Positions 12,086 through 25,502 of a stretch of DNA of 64,000 bases are shown piece by piece. The stretch is taken from NCBI GenBank assembly GCA_037447605.1, contig CM074820.1, forward strand, positions 310,001 through 374,000. Reading direction: 5' to 3'. Below the pieces are notes generated by a model, which did not search any database, had not been told where the DNA came from, and was given only the letters and a program-made list of their open reading frames with translations. This DNA is from Zygnema circumcarinatum SAG 698-1b (taxonomy: Eukaryota > Plantae > Zygnematophyceae). Within the stretch, counting starts at the first letter, position 1. Each line of letters starts with the position of its first letter. The position numbers and the translations under genes are program-made.

Positions 12086-14290
12086 TGGTGATGTTCGCGC
12101 CGCCGCTACATCACTTTGGCTTCATCACTTCACTCTTTGTAGGGGTTCCATGTTCGTTTTGTAGTTCTAGCACCGTTAAACCATTCAGTTGAACATTACC
12201 ACTAGCTGTGCGTTTACATGTTTTTATTTTTTGCAAAAGAATAAAATTGTAAAATAATTTGCAGCAGCGATTTATTTGGTGTTTTTTTGTTTCTCCCATT
12301 TCTTCCATTTCTTTCTTCAATTTTCTCAATTGGGCTGGGCTCAGTTTCGGTAGTCCTCAAAATTCGGGAAATTCGTTTCGAATGACGCTCCCGGAAGGCG
12401 GAATTCGCAAAATCCGAATTTTGACGTACGTTTTACGAATTTCTGAATTTCGTACGAATTTCGAAATCCGTAGAAATCTGAACTAGCGCGTTTGCGAACT
12501 TTATTCGGATTTCACGGATAAACCGAAGGGCAGACTTTCGGCCCCGTCAAAACCAATGGGAGCACGCCATCTGGCATCCACGTGGCACCTTCCTATTAGT
12601 TAATGTGCACGTCCTAGATTGTGTCGAGGCTGCCCGCGATTCCGGGCAGGTTACGGGCAGTTGAAAGAATGTTTCTATCATTAGAAGAGGTTCTGGGAAG
12701 TGACGAGCGCCGTGTCTGAACGGATCAAATTTTGAAATGGTCAAATCTGGTCAAATGTGGTCAAATGTGGTCAATGCCTCACCTTGGTCTGGTCAGTCAG
12801 CCAAGTCCCTGTTCGGGCGCGACCGAGGGACCCAAATTTCGAGATTTTTTTTTTTCCGAAATATCCAACAACCGGCGCGAGAACCAAGGACGGGGTTACC
12901 TACATAACGTCAGCAAGGGCCCGTATGATGTCATCACGTTTGCGGGTTTCCAGCCTGAGGTGGATCGCTGGTTTGCGGATTCGCACGTGCGAGGATGGAC
13001 GGATCGAACCGCTTTTTTTTTTTTTTTTTTTTCGTCGCAGCGCCTATTGGAATTCGCCTTTGGATGAACAGCAGATTTTTTTTAAATTTTACTTCCGGGC
13101 TGCCTTGAACACATGGATTTGAGAAAAAACACTGCAAATAGCGCGTATCGTGACTCGCCACGTGTTCTGGGCAGGCTGAAAATAATACTAATCGATCAGT
13201 AAAAGCAACACAAATAATAACATTTTTTTGGATTTTCGAGGTCAAATTTCAATGTCGAGCGACACCAAGTCGCTATGCGCCACGTCAGCACACCACTTTA
13301 CGTCTCCTGACGTCAACGAACGTTTCTCGACTGCGGTATGCCGTCATCTGTTTTGTCGTTGAGTCGATTGTACAACCCTCGTTACCGCAATGACGTCACC
13401 CTTTCGAAGCCCCCACCAGATAACGCCTGGATGAGGAGGTTCCACGTAACTTCTAAAACAAAAATTGATTCGTGCACCTCTTAAAGATAGAAAAAATAAA
13501 CGCATCATAAAGCTAATCAGCCAATTACTGCATACCACGTGTACATCATCGAATAGTTGTTTGCCATGTGGCAAGCTTGCTGCCAAAGCGGAATCCAAAA
13601 TTCATTTACTACAAATTTGGCCCATTTCAAACATCAAACATAAATGTGTACGGATGTGTAATATTTGTACGGTACCTGTACGATTGAGCTTAAAATTTCC
13701 TGTACGTTGACAGATTGAAAGCCTTTTTTAGAGATTTGCGGAGCTACTCAAAGGCCTGTGGACTAACAGGAATCCTTTCGTACGGTACTTTCCCCCTCCC
13801 TTTTTTTCCCTCCACGTGGCGCGCTCCCGCTCCTCGGAACGCCACGTACGGCAGTCCACCTCAGGTTGCCTCTGAGAGCGACAGAGAGAGGAGAGAGAGT
13901 GGGAGAGGGAGAGGGAGAGAGAGAGAGGGAGAGTGTGGGAGTGAGGGAGAGAGGGACAGGGGAAGCGCAATCCTTTTCATGTTCTAGGAATTGACTCCGA
14001 CTACCTTTTCTCTTCCGCCTGTCCCTGTTTCCACACCGTGTTCTCTCTCTCTCTCTCCCTCTTTCTCTCTTTCCGTCCCCTCTCTCTCGTCCTGTCCCTC
14101 ACCTCTCCTTCCTCTCTACATCCCCTTGACTTTCTTGACTTTGGTTCTTCTTGCCTTTGAATTTTTAGGGTTCCCCCCCCCTTCCCCAAGAGCAACTCTC
14201 ACGCATTGACTGACAGCTGGCGCAGTGTGGTGGGTCCTCTCACTGCCACGTGTCCAAGACCCATCTGCGGCCGCCACGTGTCAGCACCCC

Positions 14291-15976
14291 ATGGCCTTTC
14301 CTCCGCCCCCTTCGCCCCTCCTCACGCCTGCTGAGAGCAGCGGTAGTGGGTCCGGCCCTTATATGAGCGTGACAGTGGCAGTCGCTGTGCTGGGCTGCAT
14401 TGGGCTATTTTTAGTCATTTCTATCATTAAATTCTACGCAATTTGCTACGGGGCGTTCATGGATCAGCAGGCAGCGAGAGAAAGAGCAGCCGCTTCCTTC
14501 ACCACTGCGCGGTGTGAGCTCCCAAAAGGATTGAATGAAGACCTGATCAAGCTTCTCCCAGCAAAGAAATTCCGCGACACTTTACTTAAATCAGATCAAC
14601 TTAGTCGGCCGATAAATGCTAAAATAACGGAATCGGAGGCAAAGGATGATGTGGGGAAAGCCAATGACTGCTCCGTCTGCCTCGGAGAGTTCGAAGACGA
14701 TGAAAATGTGAAAGAACTGCCTCCATGTGGCCATGTTTTCCATGTGGAATGCATCGATGCATGGCTGTTAAACCGGCCCACATGCCCCATGTGTCGGAAA
14801 TCTCTCCTTCCGGAACATTATGTTTGTTATGTAGAATTCGAGAGGAGCTGGTGGGATGTGCTCGATTGGATCGCTTCAGGCGGAGGGGTTTTGAATTTCA
14901 GGATTCGGAGGCCGGATGGGAATTCTGGGGGTCCGGTTGCAAGCCTGCCGAGGATCATTGACGAGGACGTAGTGAGGAGCTGGGCGAGGAGTGTGGAGGA
15001 GAGAGCGAGGGAGAGGGAGAGGGAGAGGGAGAGGGAGAGGGAGTCGGAGAAAGAGTCGGAGTCGGAGACGGAACGGGTGAGGGAGAGGGAGGAGGAGAGG
15101 CAGTGGGAGAGGGAGATGAAGACGGAGACGGAAAGGGAGAGGGAGAGGGAGAGGGAGAGGGAGAGGGAGAGGGAGAGGGAGAGGGAGAGGGAGAGGGAGA
15201 GGGAGAGGGAGACGGAAAGGGAGAGGGAGAGGGAGAGGGAGACGGAGGGGGAGAGGGAGATGGAGACGGAAAGGCAGAAGGAGAGGGAGGCAGGACGAGG
15301 GGGGGAGGGAGGGGCGGGAAAGGTGGAGGGAGGGGGAGGAGGGGAGGGGGAGGGTGTAGGGGGTGGACAGGAGGGGTCGGAGGTGGATGGAGGAAAGGGG
15401 AGAAGTGAGGGGTTGGGAGGAGGCGATGGGGGGGGACGGGAGGTAGAGGAGGAAGAGCGGGAGATGGAGTGGGGGAGAGTGGGAGAGAGAGGGAGAGAAA
15501 GAAGAGAGGTGTTTGTTCTACCTGTGGGAGATGGTGATGAGGATTTTCTTTTGTCGAAAAATGTGAGTCTGAATGGTGCCTGTTTGGAACAGTGGAGGGC
15601 GAATAGCAAGCTGCCACCTGGCAGCTCTGGAGGAATGAGTATAGAACTTGGAGTGGAGGAGAACGGGGAAGAGAGACAAAGAAGAGCGGGAGAGGGTGTG
15701 GGAGGAGAGAAGGAGAGAGAGAGAGGAAGAGAAGGGAAGAGAATGCTGGAGGAGCAGGTCTGTGAGGGAGGCAATTCTGAAGGTACTGCTGAGCACATAT
15801 TTGTGCCCATAGAGATTCATCACAGTGAGGGTCCAAATGTGGAAATATTTTCGGCTGACATCGAACATGGGCAGAGCCTTCCCTCTCTTCAAAAGCCGCC
15901 GGAAGGAGGGGTCTCCCTCGGAAGTAATTTTTTATCGCTGCTTTTAAGCGGGAGGTGGCACGCAAAAGGAAGCTGA
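14291..15976 (+). CDS. ATL-family RING-H2 E3 ubiquitin ligase, paralog 1 (intronless), with long (ER)n tract
   Basis: N-terminal transmembrane helix, GLD-like motif [17 protein letters not shown]2 CSVC...[23 protein letters not shown]. Likely ATG at 14291. Confidence 0.9.
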   Translation: MAFPPPPSPLLTPAESSGSGSGPYMSVTVAVAVLGCIGLFLVISIIKFYAICYGAFMDQQAARERAAASFTTARCELPKGLNEDLIKLLPAKKFRDTLLKSDQLSRPINAKITESEAKDDVGKANDCSVCLGEFEDDENVKELPPCGHVFHVECIDAWLLNRPTCPMCRKSLLPEHYVCYVEFERSWWDVLDWIASGGGVLNFRIRRPDGNSGGPVASLPRIIDEDVVRSWARSVEERARERERERERERESEKESESETERVREREEERQWEREMKTETERERERERERERERERERERERERERETERERERERETEGEREMETERQKEREAGRGGEGGAGKVEGGGGGEGEGVGGGQEGSEVDGGKGRSEGLGGGDGGGREVEEEEREMEWGRVGERGRERREVFVLPVGDGDEDFLLSKNVSLNGACLEQWRANSKLPPGSSGGMSIELGVEENGEERQRRAGEGVGGEKERERGREGKRMLEEQVCEGGNSEGTAEHIFVPIEIHHSEGPNVEIFSADIEHGQSLPSLQKPPEGGVSLGSNFLSLLLSGRWHAKGS

Positions 15977-16092
15977 TCCATTGACGAGTTGAAGATTAGG
16001 CAGTTCAGCCTTTTTCTCTATTGCAAAAATATTCCCACTCTGCCTTCCCTTTCCGGCCCTTTTTCTGCCCTGTCTCCCTCCCCCCCCCCCCC

Positions 16093-16330
16093 CCTCTCCC
16101 ACATCTCTTCCCCTGCTCTCTCTCCCCTCTCTCTCCCCTCCCTCGTCCGTTTCTTTCCCCACTCTCCCATCCGTCTCCCCTCTCTCTCCCTCCCCCCCCC
16201 CTCTCTCTCTCTCCTCCCCCCCCTCCTCTCCCACATCACTTCCCCTGCTCTCTCTCCCCTCTCTCTCCCCTCCCTCATCCGTTTCTTTCCCCACTCTCCC
16301 ATCCGTCTCCCCTCTCTCTCCCTCCCCGTC
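16093..16330. repeat. Imperfect ~130-bp CT-rich tandem duplication downstream of ATL paralog 1
   Basis: CTCTCCCACATC(T/A)CTTCCCCTGCTCTCTCTCCCC...TTTCTTTCCCCACTCTCCCATCCGTCTCCCC occurs twice. Confidence 0.8.
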
Positions 16331-18515
16331 CCCCCTTTCCCCCATTCCTTCCCCTTCCTTGCATTCGTTGGGGCTTAGAATTCTCTCTCACAGGGAGGGA
16401 CCTTGGGAGGGTAATGGGAGAATTGGGGAGGGCCATAATTGTGATTACTTTTTGAATTGGGGCTAGATCTATACAGTCAGTGGGTCGATCCATGAGAATT
16501 TGTTCTTAATTGCATTCTTGTTAGCTCTCGTCTGCTACATGCTGTCAATTGGTCTGTTGTAACTCATCATCATTTAGAGGACTCATGTAGCACAGAAAGC
16601 TATGTGAAAGGGTCTGTACATAGCCATGGAACCGTGTTGGAATACGGAGAAAGGGCGTGAGATACTCTGTGTTTTACATAGAAACAGTTGTCAGTTAAAC
16701 GGAACTGCTCAAAGAAGAGCCTGTGGTGAGAAGGTTCTATGGGGCCGGGCTGTAACTCCAACCAATAATTTCAAACTTCAAAAGCACTGTGATGATGGGT
16801 GGATGGATCAACGAAATATAACGATTTTTTCACAATTTTGGGTTTCATCTTACCCGTTGAATTTTGCATCTTATTCAAATCTGCATTGTTTCCTTGCTTT
16901 TCTCTTAGCGTCATTTTTCTTTTTTTTTGCTATTTTTATGTTTCGTCCTGAATCAATACTTGACGCGTGCGCTCACCTCTGCTAAGGGCACACCAATAGT
17001 GGTGCCAGCGTATCAGCGACAGCCATGTGGGCCTACGTGCCCACCACGTCGGCATGGATAGGCCACACTGGCACTGACCGACCCGGCGGTGCCCACCGGT
17101 CGAAATCGGTTGGTAAGTTGCGAATACTGTACTGTACAGTACGACAATAAGTTCGTACGGATCGCGACCGTTCCGGTCCCGCGGTCACCGCCGTTACCAG
17201 CATGGACCTTCCTTCCTAGCAGCATCTTACGTGGCGAGCCCTCAGTGGTCAACGGAAAACGCTTACGGAGGCATCTTGCTGTTACTGGCTACATGAGTAA
17301 GTAGCGTTGGCATGACAGCTAGCTTCTTTTCTTAACAGAGAAAGGGTCCATGGACTCCCCAGTCTAGTTCCAACAATAAATATAGCCAATGTTGACACGC
17401 CACGTGTACACAAGTTCCACGTGGATGGCCCAATGGCAGCCATTGGGCACAGATCTGAACTACAAGTAGAACCAATACAGAACCCGTCAGTGGAGTATGG
17501 TTGTACAGTCTTGATTTAGTACTCTGCTGAGTGTAAACCAATGGATACTTAACACATAAGCAAACGTTTCCACGTGACATGCCCTCATTGGCAATCCAAA
17601 CCGTCCCTAAAAAACTGGCGCCCCACCGACCGTCAACTGCCGTCGTCCGTACATTTCACTACATGGAAACCAATCTCCGCCCGTATTACTACGACATAAA
17701 ACTGTCGTTCTCCACAAACCTGTGAACTGCAGCATAGAACACCAGAACCCTTCAGCTCGTGCGGCGCCAAGAGAAGATTTTTCCGCGAAGGTGCGGGAAC
17801 CACGTGGCGGCCTGGAAGCGCCTGTCCGCGAATCCCTATGACGCCACGTGTCCGTCACGTCACGTCCCATGCGCCACGTGGCGGCCTTCTAGAAGAGGGG
17901 ACACGTGCACACGGCACGCCGCCAGCGGCCCGAGGAATCGGCAAAGGGTGTACGGACGCGTGTACGATTGTACGAATACTAACCGTACGGTACGGTATAT
18001 GCACGAACTGTACGGTTAGATATCCGTCCAAATTAGAGTACGGTACGGAAGTGCTGCGCTGGAAGTCGCAGAAACACCGCGTGCGACTTACGTCGCATAT
18101 CCGTCGCACGCGTCGCACAGCCAATGGGAGCGTTGGCTCTGGAGAAAGCGGTTGGTTCTCTTTGGGGCCTTTCACAGTTGTCAGAAGAGAAAGGGGCCTG
18201 TTCTCCCTCCTGTTACTCTTCATCCTGGCGAGAGCTTCGAAAAAGCGTCTTGAATTAAGGTATAAAGAATAAGTTATTTATTTGAAATATTACGTCTCGG
18301 CACTGCAGGGGCCTTAGGTATTACTTAATTATCGTTTATATATAATTTTTTTTTAAGTACAGATTAAATATGCTTTCGCCCTCCTAATATGCTCGCCCGT
18401 TTCAGCTCGCAGAGGGCCGGAAATCCGAACTTAGTGCTCTCCGTTCTATGGCTGTGACGGAATTCGGTCAATTTCCGAAGTGGGTTTCTCTCAATTTCTC
18501 CGTTTGACTTCACGA

Positions 18516-19886
18516 ATGTCCTTTAATACTAGTCTCCCTCCCTCCTTCTCCTCCTCCCTCCCTCTCCCTCCTCCTTCTCCCTCCAGACGCGGCACTATGA
18601 ATGCGACTGTCGCCATCTCCGTCCTTGTATGCGTCGGAGCCTTTTTCCTATTTTCTATGATTAAACTTTGTGCTGTTTGTGCGCACTCCCGGGAAGAAGA
18701 GAGAGAGAGAACCGCGCGCAGAAACCGAAGGTTGGCAGCGATAGCTGCACAGCAGCGTGTGGTGAATGGGCTCTCAGAAGACCTCATTTCTGCACTGCCC
18801 CAGCACGAGTACCGCCTCATAGAGGACGGAGAGCTGGAATGTGTGGTCTGTCTTGTCGAATTTGACGATGGGGAGGTAGTGAAGTCCCTCCCCTCCTGCA
18901 AGCATACCTTTCACATCGACTGCATTGACAAATGGCTATGTGTGCGGCACACCTGTCCAGTATGCCGAGTCTCTCTGATCGCGGAGGAGAGAGAGGAGGG
19001 GAAGGCGGAGGAGGAAGGGAGGGGAGGGGAGAGGGAGAGGGAGGAGAGAGAGGCGGTAGTAGAGGGAGGGACTCCCAGTCGGGGGAGCTCGATGCGGAGA
19101 GCTTTATCATGGCGGTTGTTGAGTTTGAGTCGAAGGCATGCAAACGTGGAAGTGGGGGAGAGCCACATAGAAGATTCCGGGCAGCTTCTTTCTGAAGGCC
19201 AAACTGAGGCAGCTTATAGCAGGCAGTCGTCTGCGCTTACTTTGGGAGCAGAGGGGTCTTTGGGTGCTGCTTTAACTCAACAAGCTTCGGTTCAAACTTT
19301 AGACGACGTTGTAGAGCTTGCGAGAGAGAGGCCGGAGCTTGATGATGATGATTTGTTAATTATGTTTAGGAGGGTGAAGACAAAAGGGGAAGGAGAGTGC
19401 TGGGAGGATGCGGTAGTGGAGGCTTCTGGGTCTATAAAAAGGATGCAGCGGCAGGGTATGAAGAGGGGGACAAGCTATTCGCAGTTGATGGATCTTTCGG
19501 CGGCAATGGAGTGGGAGAGGGAGAGGGAAAAGGGGAGGGAGAGGGAGAGAAACGGTGAAAGCCCACAGAGGGGCGTGAGAGGGCTGTCATCGGAAACTAG
19601 GGCAATGAGTTTGGGACGGCAGGAGTGGGTTACGATTGATATTATTAACAGAGTGGGAGGCGGAGGGAGTGAGAGGCAGTGGGAGGGCCGGCCGGGTGTA
19701 CCTGTGCAGCCGGGAGAAATTTCAAGCGCCGTTAAACGGATACGAGACGAGACACAGAAAGCCGTTGACCGCACTTTGACCAGCATCACTTGTGCTCTCC
19801 GATGGCTCCCAAGACGAGCTATGCGGAAAGAGAATGCTTCTTCTCCGTTCAGTAAGGAGTACACAAACTCTTCTCAAGAAGTGTGA
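18516..19886 (+). CDS. ATL-family RING-H2 E3 ubiquitin ligase, paralog 2 (intronless)
   Basis: TM helix, [12 protein letters not shown] motif, RING-H2 CVVC...[23 protein letters not shown]. Likely ATG at 18516. Confidence 0.92.
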   Translation: MSFNTSLPPSFSSSLPLPPPSPSRRGTMNATVAISVLVCVGAFFLFSMIKLCAVCAHSREEERERTARRNRRLAAIAAQQRVVNGLSEDLISALPQHEYRLIEDGELECVVCLVEFDDGEVVKSLPSCKHTFHIDCIDKWLCVRHTCPVCRVSLIAEEREEGKAEEEGRGGEREREEREAVVEGGTPSRGSSMRRALSWRLLSLSRRHANVEVGESHIEDSGQLLSEGQTEAAYSRQSSALTLGAEGSLGAALTQQASVQTLDDVVELARERPELDDDDLLIMFRRVKTKGEGECWEDAVVEASGSIKRMQRQGMKRGTSYSQLMDLSAAMEWEREREKGRERERNGESPQRGVRGLSSETRAMSLGRQEWVTIDIINRVGGGGSERQWEGRPGVPVQPGEISSAVKRIRDETQKAVDRTLTSITCALRWLPRRAMRKENASSPFSKEYTNSSQEV

Positions 19887-20703
19887 GAGTGAGTGAGACA
19901 ACCCTTCAAGGACTGTGGAAGCGAGTGAACAGAGAGTACTATAGGGAATGTGAGAGTGAGAGTGAGGGAGACAAGGCTCTCAAGGGGTGTGAGAGAAAGA
20001 GAGAGAGTGTGATAAGAAAACTCTTCAACATGTGATAAAGCAGTGAGGACCCACCTGGGGAGAGCGAATTTTTAGTTTTTAGAACTCATCCGAACCGAAA
20101 TATTGAGGCTGCTTTTGTGCCTTCATCTTATTGGAGTTGGACCGACCCCTACTTGTGAGGTTTTTTCCCTTTCCCGAGGAAGAGCTCTTCATGTGCCAGT
20201 GATTTCGCTTCCGTTAGCATTTGGCAGAAATCTTTGCCCATGTATAGAGCATTTGTATTCAAACCCTAAGTAAGCGGTTCATTCCTGAGCCCTGAGGGAG
20301 AGAAGGGTTCGTATAAGTGGCTTTTGCCGAATATCAGGTGTATTATATCTATTGGAGGGTGGGGTCCAGTAATGGTAATTCTTTTTCCCTTTTAAGTATG
20401 CTGTGCTTTCTCAAGCTGCATGTTTAAGTTCATATGATTTTGAGCCCTTCTCTTTTTGGGCGCCACGCCTCTGGATGTGATGTAGATGGCAATGATGTAA
20501 TTTCGACGCACAAAATACATCACAATTTGAATGCATGTAATTACAACATAAAATCTCCTCTCATCTTTGTAATGTCAAAGATTTGAAATTGGGAGAAAGC
20601 TTTTAAGTATGCAGACACTAGTCATGAATCTCACGCTGCATGACACAATTTTTGCTGCGAGATACAAGAGTACTGGGAAAGGCAGGCCTTATTCGATGTG
20701 TAG

Positions 20704-22191
20704 TTATTTTTGAAAATCGGACCCTAAACAAATCTGTTGAATTTCCGTGACTTCCTGCTGCAGCTCATGTGCCTGCACAGCGCCAAAAAATTAAAAAAGA
20801 CGAAGAAAAAAAAATCAATTGACCAAAAGGTCACGCATATACCCCTCCTCTATCAATTGCCCATAAAAAAAATCTCGAAACCTTGAAACCGCAAGAGACC
20901 CACGAACTCAAACCCAAACCAAAAATTCCCCCGAACGCAAAACTCAAAACAAACAGAAAACCCCAACAACCCCAAAACCCAAAAATCCAAACACACCCCC
21001 NNNNNNNNNNGGGAGAGGGAGGGAGAGTGGGGGGGGGGGAAGAGGGGAGGGGTGAGGGAGGGAGAGGAGGGGGCGAGGGGGGGAAAAGGGGGGAGGGGGG
21101 TGGAGAAGGGGGGGAGGGAGGGAGGAGGGGGGAAAGGAAGAGAGGAGAGGGGGAAGAGGGGGAGGAGGAGAGGAGGGGGGGGAGAGAGGGGAAGGGAGGG
21201 AGAACGTGGGGGGGAAGAGGAGATGGGACGGGGGCGGGGAGAAAAGGGGGAAGGGGAGGGAATGGGAGAGGGAGGAGAGTGGGCGCAAGGAGAGGAATGA
21301 CGGGAGGAAAGAATGGGGAGGTAGAGTGGGAACGCAGCCGACAGCAAAGAGGGGGGGGAGGAGAGGACGAGAGGGAGGGGAGAACGAGGGTCAAATAGGT
21401 TAGGTCTAGGTACAATGGACAAAATCCAAAAACTGAAAGGGCCACGAGAGGAATACAAGTTTCCGTTCACGTACCAGTTTCCCCGTGAAGTCTGCAAAAA
21501 ACTTTTCCAACGCTGCCCCTGCCTCTTTAAATTTTCGTTCCCGGTAAGGACGGAGAGCCTCTCCCAGAGCCTCTCTCGCCCGCTCCTCCACCTCCCACGG
21601 CCTCTCACATGTAGAGCCGTTCTTTCCGTTCAACTGAGGGTCACATGTGCACTGAACGGCGGGGTCGACCGTTCTACGGCAAAGATCGCATTCCCATGTT
21701 CCATGTGGTGAAGGTGAGTCTCCTTTTATCGAGGAAGATCGAATGAGAACACCTTTACAGCCTTTCGCATTACATAGAACGCCCTGAGGGAGGGATACAT
21801 GGGACCACATAGATCAGCTGTTGGCAGTTTTCAGTTACTGTCACCATGGAACATCCAGAATACAACATGAACTCTTATTAGATTCTAAACCTGCAAAAGC
21901 CTCTCCTGGATACTTAATAGAATAGAGAGAATCCGTAAAACTGAAAACCGTAGAACCGAAAAGTCATAGAGAGGTGTTCACACCTCTAAAAAACGATCGA
22001 CGGATGTCAGAATTGGCTCACAGCACCGCTCGCACATGCAGGAAAAATGTTTCGACTCGAGCAATAATTCTTGACGGGTAGATCTTGGCTCGTACAGATT
22101 TATGTACGCCACCGTTAACTGGAAAATCATGAACACCCAATTCCTCTCTCAAATCTCTCCCTCTCTCTCTAGACCTCTCCCTCTCTCTCTC

Positions 22192-22238
<47 letters not shown>

Positions 22239-25200
22239 TTCTCTCCCCCACTTACTTTGCTCCTGGATTGACATCGCAGGAAGCCGCACAAATGTAAATA
22301 TATACAGCATGCAAAAAAAAGATGTTGTACGATGATGCGCAAAATGGAAATAGAAAAAAAAATTGAAAAAGAAGAAAATTCAAATCAGAATACGAAGACA
22401 AACAGACCTCCTCGCCCTCTTTAATGTTGTGAAGAGAGCGAACAGACATCGTGACACCTTCTGAAACAAAGGTGCAATTGGGCCTGTCAACCAATGGGTT
22501 CATGCCACGTGTCACAAGTGAAGTTTATAGTTTGGGATGTGCATAGTGTCAAGGAAACGTTAAGAAACAGTAACCTTCAAAAAGAAAAGGTTGAAAAGAA
22601 AAAAACTAACCCACACTCATACATTTACTTAACACATAAAGTCAACCAGAATCGCCTATATAATGTTGGGAATTGGACCAGATTGCCAATTGATTGGGAG
22701 AAGGAGAGGGAGAGGGAGAGGGAGAGGGAGAGGGAGAGGGAGAGGAGAGGGAGAGGAGAGGGAGGGAGAGAGGGAGAGGGAGAGGGAGAGGGAGAGGGAG
22801 AGGGAGAGGAGAGGAGAGGGAGAGGGAGAGGGAGAGGGAGAGGGAGAGGGAGAGGGAGAGGGAGAGGGAGAGGGAGAGGGAGAGAGGGAGAGGGAGGAGG
22901 GAGAGGGAGAGGGAGAGGGAGAGGGAGGGAGAGAGGGAGAGGGAGAGGGAGGGAGAGGGAGAGCGAGAGGGAGAGGGAGAGGGAGAGACGAGCGATAGTA
23001 CAGATTCGGGCCTCCATTCACAGTCACCTGCATGAATGGTTGAGGAGAGACACAAAGGGAAAGATCCCTAGAGCCACGTCGGTATTCAAGCGTCCGTGTG
23101 CCCCCATCCCGTGCGCGTTCGTGTTGATCAGAGCCGCCAAATGCTCCAAAAGGTCTGCTTAAAGCACACCAGAAAAACAATGTTACTTTTTGGGTTCAGG
23201 TTTTCGAAAGGTTCGAGGAGAAGACCTAAAGTAATTGGCAGGGCCTTCATCCCTATAACTTGATATTAAAGCGTAAGACTAACACTGACAACACTGACAT
23301 TAACCCTAATATTAAAATCTTAACCATAAGCCTTTGTTTGTTGTTGCAAACCTCAACTATTGGCTCAAATTCTCACCAAGACTTCCAAGTGGTTCCTTCC
23401 CATTTTCCACACACTCTCTCGTAGCAATTCCGTACAGCTCAGTACAGGCTCGCTTCACGGAATCGCGCCACGTGGCAGGCATCCGGTCTCTGTGAGTCGC
23501 CAGACCCATGGCATCCTGCCACGTGTCATTGGTGAAGACAAAAAAAATATGAGCACCATGATGGGTTCTTCTAAGCACATAAATGTCTTTTTAGAGGCTT
23601 CGGAGATGGAGGGGCCACAGGTCGGACCATTGGATCGCCAACCATTGGCAACCATTGGCAACCATTGGATGGCAATGGTTGGACTGCCAATGGTTGCCAA
23701 CCATTCGAATGGTTGATCTAATGGTCCGACCTATGGAAGGTTTACATCTGGCAGTTGATCAGTAAGTCTACAAGGTGAGATACGGGACTGAGCCCCCCGA
23801 AAATGAATCTTACCTCAAAAGTGGGCCAGATACATCCATCCTTGAACACTCCCGCCTTCTGCTCAGCGCCATTAGACTTTCCCTGCACGCAAGTTCCTCT
23901 ATTGTTTCAAAAACTTGCAAACAATTTCCTAAGTAACAATAGAACATAGTAATGAAAGCATACAAGTGAAGCAGAGAACACAGAAAATTCCCTCCCATTC
24001 TCCGATTGAGAGGGAATTGCCGTTGCAGATGCTTAGTTTTTGACGAGCGAATACTTTACCCCGCCCTCAAATTTATCAAATTTATCGGATTTTTTGCCCC
24101 CGTTCCCGTTCCGAGTTTGTGAGAGGAGGATGATGAGACGGAGAAGAGTTCCATCGCAGTCAGTTTTTCGACCAATCAGAGCGCTTTCCCGCGCCAGGTG
24201 GCACGTGAAGGCGTGCTCTGCCATAGCCTGAGCTTCACACTTCTGAAAGGACAAAAAGGGAAGTTAAGATTACAAGGTCAAGGTTAAGGTTGAATCGATT
24301 TCTTTTCTTATGTCAAAACATGTCAAACTTATATGAGTTTCCCTAAAAATCCTAAAAACCCTAAAATCCCAATCGCAGCTTTTGGATTCCCCCCGTTCTA
24401 CCCCAAACTTTCTCGGCTTGACCCGGCAAAAAAAACTCCAAAAGCAAGCCGAAAAAAATAGGGGAGACAGCACAAACCTTGCATCCAAAAGTTATTAGGA
24501 AGCGATAATTCCATTTTCGAGAAATGATGAATAAGTAGAAGCCCACCTTGCAGTATACGACAAACCCGCAGGCAGGGCAGCTCATCCTCGGTTCAAAATC
24601 TGCGAAATTTGCACTGCATTTGTGGCAAATGGCGGCGATATACTCCTCGCGGGGAATGAAGGCGAGCGCTTTTTCAGCCACCACAACTTCGCCCGCTTCG
24701 AGATTCCTGCAGAAAGGTCCTCCAACGGCTCAACATTCTGATTGAAGGACGCGCACAAGTGAGTGAGTATGTGTGTGTGAGAGAGAGATAGAGAATGGGA
24801 GAGAGAAAACCCTAGTTGCCTTAGAAAACTGTAGGTTCATGCAGCAGCAAAAGCAAAAAAGAAATCAAATCAAATTCAAAATTTCAAAAAATTTCAATCA
24901 AATTTGATTGATTATCAATCATCAAATTTCACATGTTCAAAACTTGGCAAACTACAAACTTCTCGCTGCACCTTGTCGCAATTGCACACCGACCCTTTGT
25001 CCCAGTTACCGTTGCCTTCCACGGAAAGTACGTTTCCATGAGACTTTTCGAGGGGAGAGACGATAAATGCTCTCCCACTCCCTTCTTTTTGCTCTTCTTC
25101 TTCTTCTTGTTCCGCTTCTTCTTCTCATTCATTCTCGTCCCTCTCTCGTCTCTCTCCCTCTCCTCTCCCTTTCCTTCATCCCTCTCCTCCTCCTCCTCCT

Positions 25201-25321
25201 CCTCATCCCCTGCAACATTTCCATTACCGATGCCCTTTGTAGGATATGCCATATCCCTTTCGTTCTGCGCCTCATTCTGACGGCTCTTCTCATCCTCCTC
25301 TCTCTCCTTGGAAACTTCCAT
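20704..25321 (-). CDS. SMYD-type SET + MYND zinc-finger lysine methyltransferase (ASHR/SMYD class)
   Basis: Phase-consistent exons 25321-24972, 24706-24547, 24242-24060, 23882-23814, 23515-23377, 23154-23028, 22483-22408, 22118-21984 and 21783-21475, plus a probable last exon 20772-20704. Motifs: KGRCAIATR (SET-N), MYND CHKC...CPAC...YCKKC, INTNAHG, LLNHSCRPNC, LTVAYINL...FSCMCERC (post-SET). TPR-region exons are probably lost in the gap at 21001-21010. Confidence 0.9.
23619..23732. mobile_element. ~114-bp foldback/MITE-like element in a SMYD intron; related CCATTGG-rich sequence at 26600-26970
   Basis: Termini AGGTCGGACCATTGGATC / GATCTAATGGTCCGACCT are inverted repeats with 1 mismatch. Internal CAACCATTGG repeats. 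The same GGTCGGACCATTGGATC start recurs at ~26811. Confidence 0.65.
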
Positions 25322-25502
25322 TTCTGTAACTCTCTCCTCTTTTCTCCGTCTCTAACTCTACCTCACTCTCTCCACTATCGCCCTCTCTCGCGTTCTCTCT
25401 CCCTATGCCTCTCTTTTCCCTCCCCCTTTTCGCCATCTCCCTCTCCTCTCTTGACAGTTGTCCAATTACCACTGTGACCAATTAGAATCAGTATATTTTC
25501 AA

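Noticed and set aside
1-16500. Dozens of long S/P/L- or E/R/G-rich ORFs in the six-frame track (e.g. 6091-7491, 6620-7780, 10911-11825, 14827-15810)
   Set aside because: They are translations of intronic GA/CT microsatellites, which lack stop codons, or antisense shadows of real genes. The spliced models explain these regions.
20773-21474. SMYD gene seems to lack most of its C-terminal TPR-like region
   Set aside because: An assembly gap (21001-21010) lies in this intron, so missing exons are probably unassembled rather than lost.
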